In this document: piece after piece, positions 51,973-64,000 of the stretch
How the letters are laid out: each line of letters begins with the position of its first letter
Numbering within the stretch: position 1 is the stretch's first letter
Source of the DNA: Octopus vulgaris
Taxonomy: Eukaryota
Reading direction: 5' to 3'
Assembly: GCA_951406725.2 (NCBI GenBank)
Contig: OX597815.1
Coordinates: 181,226,001-181,290,000 of the forward strand
DNA length: 64,000 nucleotides
The notes under the pieces: generated by a model
What the model was told of the DNA's origin: nothing
Databases searched by the model: none
The model's input: only the letters and a program-made list of their open reading frames with translations
Translations under genes and position numbers: made by a program

Positions 51973-53604
51973 TGGTAAAACGGTAAGATAACAAAAGAAA
52001 GAAAGAGACCTCAATATTATGTAAATAGAGGAAATTTATCTATACAATAATATGTTACATTACTCGATAGTCAAGATAAAACTCTGAGTTTCAGATGCCG
52101 AAGTGGAAATCCACAACACCATCTCTTCGGTTATCTGGCTATTTGAAAACGCTATGAAAAAATACCGTTATACAAAGGGAAATTACTGTGTTATAACTCT
52201 GCTTGCCTGCGTACTTATACATCGCTCGCATTTTTCGTCATAAAAATTATATAAAAATACATGAAAAATATATAAAAAATATATAAAAATATAAAAATAT
52301 ATAAAATCTTCTTGGGACATAACATAGAAAGCATGTTCTATCTGTTTTCTTTAGGGGACCAAAAACGTAACAGAAATTTAGTCATATGTGGGCATGATCC
52401 GAAAAGTTCTGTCCTTGTGTTTAGACATGTAGTAGGGTCTAAGCTGCTTTTCCAGATAAGCCATCTCTCCATGTCGCATAGACCGCACCTTCCGCTGCCG
52501 TTGGAAGACCAAATATGATTAGATGATTGTGTCGCTTTTCTTTTGTTCCAGTGCCTAAAGCTCAAAGTGTGGTTATTGAACCTGGCCTTGAAGTTACCCT
52601 CTGTAAGGCCCACGTATTTCTTCGTCGAAACGGTGTCTTTAGTGGTTATAGAGTTTACGGTAGCTTCATATATAATGGTCTTGGACATGCAAGCTCCATT
52701 TAGCGGGCACAATTCTTTATTCCTGCATTAACAGCTGTTTTCTTGTGTTTTTTGTATGTTATGTTTGATTATGTTTTTAAAATTGGTAGTGGAACTAAAA
52801 CTAATTTTTAAATTGTGTCTATTGAAGAGTTTCCTATAAGTATGGTTAACTGGAAAATGTCTATCTATCAGCGCTAGGAAATATTTACCTATATTGAAGG
52901 CCACCTCGGGTGAGTAAACCAGATGACCTTCCTATTTCTATTATTCCTTTTCATTACTGTTGGGCGTATATTAGTATATACTAATGGGTGTATATTTTAT
53001 TTTTTCGCTAAAACCACTATCTTTTAAAGCCTTATTACAAACTGGGGCAACGCTATTGAAGATGTCCTTATCAGAGGAGAGGCTAGAAATCCTCTTACTA
53101 ATATTTTTAACTAAATTTTTGAATACTATAGGGGGATGACATGAACCTACATTAATATAACTTAGTCTATCATTGGGCTTCCTATAAGGCTTATAAATAT
53201 TCTTATTAAGATCTAAGGAAACGTCTAAGAAATTGACAACCGTCAGGTAAGTATCTATAGTTATACTAAGTCCGAAGTATTTCATTAACTGGATAATATC
53301 CTTCCTAAAACGATCTTGCGCTGGTCCATTTGTATTAGCTGTTAAGGCGAGGGCATCATCTTTGTAGATGGCGAAATGTACGTTAGGGAATGTCTTACCT
53401 AAGGTATCTAGGAGAAAAAGTCCAATTAGATCGCAGATGCCTGCCCCATCATATGAACCCATGCTCACATCGAAAGCGCCCTCTGTGTCGGTGTTTTTTA
53501 CCCACTTTGCGTTCTCACTGAAAGTAAGAGATGGTGTTGTGGATTTCCACTTCGGCATCTGAATCTCAGAGTTTTATCTTGACTATCGAGTAATGTAACA
53601 TATT

Positions 53605-53612
<8 letters not shown>
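51973..53612 (-). mobile_element. 5'-truncated Penelope-like retroelement: RT fragment, Cys-rich linker, GIY-YIG endonuclease, 3' pLTR with HHR, inverted partial pLTR at the 5' end
   Basis: FDVSMGSYDGA.ICDLIGL, IYKDDAL, VNFLDVSLDL..YKPYRKP; CRNKELCPLNGAC; IIYEATV..KYVGLTEG.FKARFNNH. 52040-52127 mirrors 53526-53612. Flanked by (TA)n; stops and frameshifts present. Confidence 0.93.
52074..52136 (-). ncRNA. pLTR hammerhead ribozyme motif (U4>C variant)
   Basis: agataa-CCGAAGA-gatg...catc-t-GAAA-ctcagag-TT-ttatct. Confidence 0.72.
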
Positions 53613-53664
<52 letters not shown>

Positions 53665-53714
53665 CATGCATATATAAATACACATAAATGCATACAAATA
53701 TATATATATATATA

Positions 53715-54326
53715 CTCGCTGAAGTTGACCAGCTCTACGCGCGGGGAAGAGTGTGGTATATATATAAATGTATACAAATTATATAATATATATATATATA
53801 TATATACAGATACCACCTAAACAATGGAACAGTGTATAAAATGTAATTAACAACTCATTCAATTTATGAATGCCTTATGTTAGCGAAGTAACAATAACTT
53901 GACGAAACCGTTTAATGGAGACGTAGAAGGAATCGGAAAATGAGGAATAAAGAGAATGAGTTGGATCAAATGTTTGCAAACATCTTAACCCAATGTTCTT
54001 TATGGACAATGTTCTTTTTAATGTCTTTATTTTCAAGAATGAAGAGATAATGAAGAGGTGCAAAATAAAAAATCAAGCAAAATTTCATGACTTACCATCA
54101 GTTTTCTTTTGTCTGAGCCTCTTGATAAACCACGTTCCTTGTGCGCTGAACGATTGCCTTGAATGAAGAGTTTATGTGGATTTCCAACTCAAGAACAGGC
54201 TACATACAATTGACTATGGATGAAAACCGGTTGTACAGGTCAACGCCTACAGTTTTGTTTTGTCAGAGCCTCCAGATAAAGTAGATGTAGTAGACGGTAT
54301 CAAATGACGTTATAGAGAAAGGAAGG

Positions 54327-54376
<50 letters not shown>

Positions 54377-54857
54377 GAAGACTTTCTAAAAATATATATA
54401 CTCTTTACTCTTTTACTTGTTTCAGTCATTTGACTGCGGCCATGCTGGAGCACCGCCTTTAATCGAACAACTCGACCCCGGGACTTATTCTTTTGTAAGC
54501 CCAGTACTTATTCTATCGGTCTCTTTTGCCGAACCGCTAAGTAACGGGGACGTAAACATACCAGCATCGGTTGTCAAGCAATGCTAGGGGGACAAACACA
54601 GACACACAAACACACACACGCATATATATATACATATATACGACGGGCTTCTTTCAGTTTTCCGTATACCAAATCCACTCACAAGGGTTTGGTCGGCCCG
54701 AGGCTATAGTAGAAGACACTTGCCCAAGGTGCCACGCAGTGGGACTGAACTCGGAACCATGTGGTTGGTAAACAAGCTACTTACCACACAGCCGCTCCTG
54801 TGCCATATAACTATCAAAAAGTATTAAAAAGTTTAATATATACATATTTATATATAG

Positions 54858-54918
<61 letters not shown>

Positions 54919-55177
54919 ACACACACACAGAGTGTGAAAGCGCTGAGTAAGGGAAGAAGACAGATACATAAAAGAATGAGAGTGGACTTGTCAAAGTGGG
55001 TTTTTGGCCCTAGCAACGACACCTTTTAAGATAGGGATTTGTTACGTAGCCCACTGGCATCCTCACCTCATTTTACATGTCCCTGTAAATTTTGGAGTCA
55101 ATCCGACGGGGTGTAGTGGACTTGAAAGCAGTCCAGACAAACAAACAAACTTTTCGCATTTCAGTTTTATAAATATA
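53715..55177 (-). mobile_element. Internally deleted Helitron with PIF1-helicase C-terminal remnant (54105-54270) and a nested SINE B (54400-54805)
   Basis: Minus translation VGVDL..QPVFIHSQLYVACS*VGNPHKLFI..RNVVYQE; 3' hairpin remnant at 53715-53745. Confidence 0.75.
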
Positions 55178-57222
<2,045 letters not shown>

Positions 57223-57223
57223 T

Positions 57224-57254
<31 letters not shown>

Positions 57255-57524
57255 CATGCATATATATATACGCATAAATGCATATATAAATACGCATAAA
57301 TGCATACATATATATATATATATATGCATGTGCATGTATTTACATACGATATACATATTGCAATGTGTTTATTTATTTAATAATATGTGGTTATCTATTT
57401 CTGGTAAATAGGACAGTTATGCAAGTTATAAACCAGTTTTCTATTAATTTATAAAAAGCATGTTATTCTCATTCAAATTATTTTTTATAAAAGGTCTCTT
57501 TTTTTTTGTTACATCTGGCGTTGT

Positions 57525-58325
57525 ACAATCACAAAGTAGAAATTCGCATATTTTTCTTTTGATATTGTTGTGGTCTTTCCTGCGTAGTTTGTTGACACAT
57601 GAGAGAAATGAAAAGTTGAAAGCAAAATATCCCGATGCAGTGGGAAATTTTTGAGAGACAGTTATGAATTGAACATATAAAAATATGTGAATAAAAGAAA
57701 AAAAATTGTGGAAACACTCTCTGTTGGCCGAAGGGATCACCTGTCCTTCCACACGAATAAAGTAGTCCTTATCTCTCTTATCCAGCATGACCTTATTAAC
57801 ATAAGCAGTGTGAATGCATAAGCCCTGACTGCAAAACCTCATGATCAATGACCACTGGTCACTAGAAATAGACGTGGTTGCCATCTGCCAGTTCATAACT
57901 TTCGAAGTGGCTACGACGTTTGAAATCGGGAGCCGCACTGGCAGTGGCCAGCTCGAAAATGGTTTAAGCGATTTCGCAGTGGAGACCTGAGACTTGAAGA
58001 TAATAAGCGTAGTGGATGCCCAGCCGTCATCGATGACAAGTCAATTAAAGACCGTCTTTAAACCGTCAATTAAAGACCACCATTGAGAAAGATTCACGTA
58101 AGACCACTTGAGAACGGGCAAAAGAATTTCAAGTTAGCCAGAAAACTGCATGCAACCATTTTCATGCGATCGGAAAATCAAAAAAGCTCGATAAATGGGT
58201 ACCACAGGATTTGAATGAAAATCAGAAATTTGCTCGTCGCTTCTTCTCCGTAACCAGACCGATCCATTTCTCAACCATATTGTAACTTGCGATGAAAAGT
58301 GGATTCTGTACAATAATAACAAGCA
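57525..58325 (+). pseudogene. Degenerate mariner transposase, apparently interrupted at ~57580-57950
   Basis: WFKRFRSGDLRLED..RSGCP; KKLDKWVPQDL; FLNHIVTCDEKWILYNN. Confidence 0.88.
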
Positions 58326-58444
58326 TTAAAACAGAATGTAGAACAATAACAAAAGTTCAAAATTTAACCATAAATATCAACAATAACAATAAATAATAAT
58401 AACAATTACTAACCAAGTTCCTGCAAATACAAATTAACCGCAGC

Positions 58445-59089
58445 GTGCTAACATTTCTTATTTCTTTACTGCCCACAAGGGGCTACATACAGAGGGGACA
58501 AACAAGGACGGACAAACGGATTAAGTAGATTATATCAACCCAGTGCGTAACTGGTACTTAATTTATCGACCCCGAAAGGATGAAAGGCAAAGTCGACCTC
58601 GGAGGAATTTGAACTCAGAACGTTGCGGCAGACGAAATACCTATTTCTTTACTACCCACAAGGGGCTAAGCACAGAGAGGACAAACAAGAACAGACAAAC
58701 GGATAAAGTCGATTACATCGATCCCAGTGCGAAACTGGTGCTTAATTTATCGACCCCGAAAGGATGAAAGGCAAAGTCGCCCTCGGCGGAATTTGAACTC
58801 AGAACACAAAGATAGACGAAATACCGCTAAGTGTTTCGCCGGCGTGCTAACGTTTCTTATTTCTTTATTGTCCACAAGGGGCTAAACATAGAGGGGACAA
58901 ACAAGGACAGACAATGGGATTAAGTCGATTACATCGACCCAGTGCGTAACTGGTACTTAATTTATCGACCCCGAAAGGATGAAAGGCAAAGTGGACCTCG
59001 GCGGAATTTGAACTCAGAACGTAACAGCAGACGAAATACCGCTAAGAATTTCGCCCGGTGTGCCAACGTTTCTTCCAGCTCACCGCCTT
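58445..59089 (-). mobile_element. SINE family A multimer
   Basis: Three tail-core units in tandem. Confidence 0.9.
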
Positions 59090-59796
59090 TCTTCCAGTCA
59101 TAAAGTGATAGAAAAACTGACAGGAAATAAATTAAAGTGCTGCTTCAATCCGACGAATGAAACCGTTAAAAAAAAATATAAAAGAACAAACACAAACTGA
59201 ATTAAAAAGTGACTTTAAATATAAGCATTTCATTTTGTGTATAATATAACGTTTCCACATTTGTTTGGAAACATAAAACACACCGAGAATTATTTACACA
59301 ACGTCTCTATAGTTTAATTCTTATGCACCGCCGTCAACAAGTGGGCTACTATCCAATCTGTACAGATAAATAAAATCTGCCTCAACATTTACATAAGTTA
59401 TTATAGACTGTTCGTCTCTCCCAACGCTTTCTCTAGTTCACTCACTATACTGTCTACCTTTCTCTCTTCTTCTGCCCTCTCTCTGTCTGTCTTTCTGTTC
59501 TTTATCTGTTCTTTATCTGTACTCTACTCTATGCTCTCTGTCTCTCTCTCTTTTCTGTATCTCTGATGAATGACTAAAATAGACACCGCCGTTGAATTGC
59601 CAAAACACAGACAAAACAAACCGTATATTACTTTGTTTCATTCTGCAGGCAGAACCCCACGGTTCAAACGCAGAGGCAATTGGAACAGTCAGATTTAATG
59701 AATGTTTACTAAATGCGTGCGTTTAAAATTGCTTAGAATTCATCCACAAATAGGTTACCTCAGTATTTCCATAACACACACACGCACGCACGCACA

Positions 59797-59864
<68 letters not shown>

Positions 59865-59865
<1 letters not shown>

Positions 59866-60153
59866 AGTGGCGGATTGGGTCTCAAAATATTGGTTGCCAA
59901 GAAATCAAGGGGGCCCACCTGCAACTACAAAGCTATCATTAAATTTTTTTTTTTGTTAAAAGTATTCTCTTCAACCGTCTACAAACAGCCAGGCTGAAAT
60001 AATTAGTGCATTCTTCCAGGAGTGAATAAAAAATTCTCAAACTTCAGGGGATGGGCCCCTTAGATACTAACACGGGCCCACATATATGGATTCTAATGGC
60101 ACAGGGGCCCACTTGCCATGGGGCAAGCTGGCAACCTGGCCAGTCCGCCATTG
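59865..60153. mobile_element. hAT-type MITE
   Basis: TIR cagtggcgga / tccgccattg, 8-bp TSD cacacacc/catacacc, internal gggccc motifs. Confidence 0.82.
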
Positions 60154-60960
60154 CATACACCACATATAGAGACAGACTCACATACAAACGGACACAAACA
60201 CACCGACTCACACATAAAGATAAAGATATATATATTGTTCCTTGGTTTGTGTCTATGTTTTTCGTCTCTCTATGTGTTCGACGTCTTTTTGGTGTCCTGT
60301 ACACATATATGCGTGTATATGTACATGTAGAGGTAGGTACGTACATATATGTTTATATATATGCATATATTTTATTAACATATATATATATATATATATG
60401 CATAGACACACACATCGACATTACCCAGTCAAACTCCATCCCAGCTAATTATTTACAATTTATAATTTTAATAATATTTTGGGTTTCGTTTTCCATAACT
60501 TCCTTCATGTTTTTGTAACAATCATCTGTTGAATACTTAGATAATAATGATGATACTTAAGATAAATATTTAACTATTTACATACCAACAAGAACTAAGC
60601 AGCATTGTTGTATAGTTGTATAGGATGAAAATACTAACAGTAACATATTCTTTCTTTTACTTTCATTTGTTAGACTGCGGTCAAGCTGGGGTACCGCCTC
60701 GAAGGAACTTAGTTGAACAAGTTGAACCCAGTACTATATATATGTATATATATAATGTACCAGGTTGAGTAAAAAGTAAGCAATATTTTGAACTATGAGA
60801 AATTTGTACCGGATTTTGGCAGAGTTTTGAATTTTTTTAAACATATATTTGCAGTTGTTTGATAATGCAGACATAGACTTTCCCAGATGCATCAATAAAT
60901 GAACATTGATATTTTTTTTTCACTGCTGTTTCAATAATCTGAAATGGAACTGTGAAAGCG

Positions 60961-60999
<39 letters not shown>

Positions 61000-61003
<4 letters not shown>

Positions 61004-61470
61004 GAACAAACTTACTGAGAAATGGATGTGTGCGTTCTGTCGTGTAATAACAAAGTAATAAATAAAACATATGCATATATACATACATATATGTACGTAC
61101 CTACATCTACATGTATATATACATGCATATATGGGTACAGGACACCAAAAAACGTCGAACACAATGAGAAACGAAAACATAAACACAAAACCAAGGAACT
61201 GGACATTTTTCTTAAACAACGAAAAAATAGAGTACAGGACAAATAACACAAGGAAAATTCCCCTTCTTCAGCTATGGTTTCATCTACTCTGCGTTTCGAA
61301 GGTGAAGGCGAGACGCAACTTCGATTGAAACTTCCCTTCCCGCGAAAAGCAAATTAAATAAAATTTGAGATCTTTTTGCGGAGGGGTAAAAATGGTAATA
61401 AAAACAGGACAGTAACGACTGTACAAAATATAAACAGTAAAAGACAGGACAAGGAGAATAACAGTAACAC
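61000..61470 (+). repeat. Family E, long copy
   Basis: Match to 17441 and 26690. Confidence 0.87.
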
Positions 61471-61982
61471 AGACAAGAAGGGCTGTTAAGCCGAACGAGA
61501 TAAAATATTACGAACGCTATTTTTGAGAACGGCGAAGGAGCCACAGAAAATGCCATAGAAGGAGCCATAGAAACTTCTATCGGTTTCTTTTGTAAAACCA
61601 CTATGTTACGGGATGTAAACAAACTAGCACCAGATGTCTAGTTGGTAGTTCGTGGAGGATAAACAGACACAAAAAACTCTCGCATACCCAGACAGATATA
61701 TGTAACGGATTTCTTTCAGTTTTCTCAAACGAAGGTTTTTATTCGGTCCAAGGTTCCGCTAAGGGGACTGAATGGGACTGAATAGAGAAATATGTTGTTG
61801 GGAAGCCAGCCTATTACTACACAATCTCGCCTGACGTTTTGAGTGTCAGTTATTTTAAAATCAAATTAAGAAAGGGCTTGAGCTTTTGAACAGAGAGTAA
61901 TTTGAATTTGAATTTAATCCGATTTGAAACAGCGTTAACTCAAAAACGTCAACAACATTAACTTAAAACAACTTAAAAACGT

Positions 61983-62180
61983 AGGTGTTCAAAAAGTCTC
62001 TCCGTAGTAGATATTTGATACGTTTGGGGCGATTCTTGTACACTGATCCTTTACTTGCTTCCCAGAAAAAAAGTCTGGCGGTGTTAATCCAGATGATCTT
62101 TGTGGCCAAATTCTCTTCGAAATAATCCGTTCACCGAAAAACTTTTGAAGTAGCGCCATGGTGATGCGCAGGATGAAGAA
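61983..62180 (-). pseudogene. Tc1/mariner-superfamily transposase catalytic fragment
   Basis: FFGERIISKRIWPQRSSGLTPPDFF..W..K..VYKNRP (WPPRSPDLTP.DFFLWG motif). Confidence 0.78.
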
Positions 62181-62365
62181 AAAAACCTTTTGAACATCAT
62201 GTTACAAGCTTTAACGCTATAACCACGTCATTTACTTGTAATCGCTGTTGGTGCGCGGATAATTGCTTAACTGTTCACTTAGATATAGCTGCTATGTAAT
62301 AACCACGTAAATATATTCACCTAGATATGGTTGTGTAAATATTGACTTAAATGATTATACAGGCA

Positions 62366-62409
62366 TTCACGTGATGAGTGTTTTAAAAAACATGAAACTC
62401 CGTCGTATG
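62366..62409 (+). ncRNA. Hammerhead-like motif (C3>G)
   Basis: cac-GTGATGA-gtgttt..aaacat-GAAAC-tcc-GTC-gta. Confidence 0.55.
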
Positions 62410-62517
62410 CATGTATACGTACACACACACACACACACATATATATGTGTGTGTGTATATATATATATATATATACACATATAAGAGGAAGGTTTGTACG
62501 TACGCTGCAAAAATATT

Positions 62518-62756
62518 TGTATAAAAAATATATAAAATGGGACAAGAACGCAAAACATTCAAATAGACGATACGAAAACAGACAGGTCATCCGAAGCTTC
62601 TAATCTTCAGTCAAGAACCGGATCATCCTCGAGCCGAAATTGCGAGGATGATCCGGTTCTTGACTGAAGATTAGAAGCTTCGAATGACCTGTCCGTTTTC
62701 GTATCGTCTATTTGAATGTTTTGCGTTCTTGTCCCATTTTATATATTTTTTATACA
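62518..62756. repeat. Near-perfect hairpin, ~114-bp arms, 11-nt loop
   Basis: tgtataaaaaatatataaaatgggac...atcctcg / cgaggat...tatattttttataca, with about two mismatches. Confidence 0.95.
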
Positions 62757-62975
62757 CATATCTATATATAATAATTAATTCAAATTAACATATATATTTA
62801 ATTATGAATTCAAAACTTTTAAACTATCAAATTTATTTTATACATTATATTTATATTTTTATATTTATATATATTTTTAATACAATAAGTTCTTTCACAC
62901 GGGTATATCTTTATGATGAGTTTGGCTATTAATTTCCTTATATAAATAATAATAATATATATCAAAAAATATATG

Positions 62976-63006
<31 letters not shown>

Positions 63007-63544
63007 ATCTTTGTATTTTTCCTCCCTACCACCGCTTGGCACACCCGGTGTTGTAAAGCAAGAACAAAAGTTGGTGAAAATCCGGCTCTACTGCAGTTTG
63101 ATAATTGACCAAATATTTTGTGTACACAATTTTACTATATATGTATGTATGTTTGTATGTATGTTTGTACGTATGTACATTTGTACGTACGTATGTATGT
63201 ATGTATGTATGTATGTATGTATGTATGTATGTATGTATGCATGTATGTAAGTATGTATGTATGTACATGTATGTATGAGGTAGGTACATATATACATACA
63301 CACACACACATACATGCCGCTTTGTGTCTTCGTTACAAACTAACTCCTTCCAAAAAAGAATTTAAATAATTAAAAACAGAATAGAATATACACAAATACA
63401 TACATACACACACACACACACACATGTGAGTGCGCGCGCGCGTATACATACATAGATGTGTGTGTATGTATGTATACATATATATATATATACACACACA
63501 TATATACACATATATATACATACATTAGTACATATATAACAAAA

Positions 63545-63960
63545 TATTAAATAAAACATATGCTTATATACATACATATAAGTACGTACCTACATCTATA
63601 TGTATATATACATGCATATATAGGTACTGGACACCAAAAAAAAACACAATGAGAAACGAAAACATAAAAACAGAACCATGGAAACGGACATCTTTTTAAA
63701 CAACGAAAAAACAGGGTACAAGACATAAGACACAAGGAAAATTCCCCCTCTTCAGCCGCCTCCGTTTCGTCTACTCCGCGTTTCGAAGGTAAAGGCGAGA
63801 CACGACTTAGATGAAACGGTCCTTCCCGCAAATAATTTGAGATTTTTTTTGCGGAGGGGCAAAAGTGGTAACAAAAACAGGACAGTAAAAACAATACAAG
63901 ACAGTAAAAATACAAATAAAAATGAAAACAGTAAACGACAGGACAAGTAGAACAACAGTA
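63545..63960 (+). repeat. Family E
   Basis: Match to the 61000 copy. Confidence 0.85.
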
Positions 63961-64000
63961 TGTATATGATATATATTATACACGCACACACACTCACACA

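Overview
Eukaryotic, AT-rich, microsatellite-dense DNA. The repeat families suggest an octopod cephalopod; that assignment is inference. I find no supportable host protein-coding gene, so the window looks intergenic or intronic, and nearly all predicted ORFs are microsatellite or SINE artefacts. Contents: (1) three abundant tRNA-derived SINE families (A, B, C here); (2) LINE remnants: an uninterrupted 3' half of a CR1-group RT, plus Hero/R2, R4/Dong, RTE and L1/Tx1-like ORF1 fragments; (3) Tc1/mariner, Tigger and hAT MITEs; (4) Helitrons and Helentron-type HINEs. The most notable signal is a dense set of about 14 minimal type-I hammerhead ribozyme (HHR) motifs (CUGANGA...GAAA, short or palindromic stem III). 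They lie in short non-coding elements, most inserted in (TA)n and many folded back as 55-300 bp inverted repeats. A 5'-truncated Penelope-like element (RT + GIY-YIG) with the same HHR and inverted-pLTR layout lies at 51973-53612 and is the plausible mobilising family. One element (44783-45275) places a tRNA-derived Pol III head between two inverted HHR arms, making it a candidate tRNA-headed retrozyme or Penelope-mobilised SINE. All coordinates were read by eye and are approximate to a few bases.
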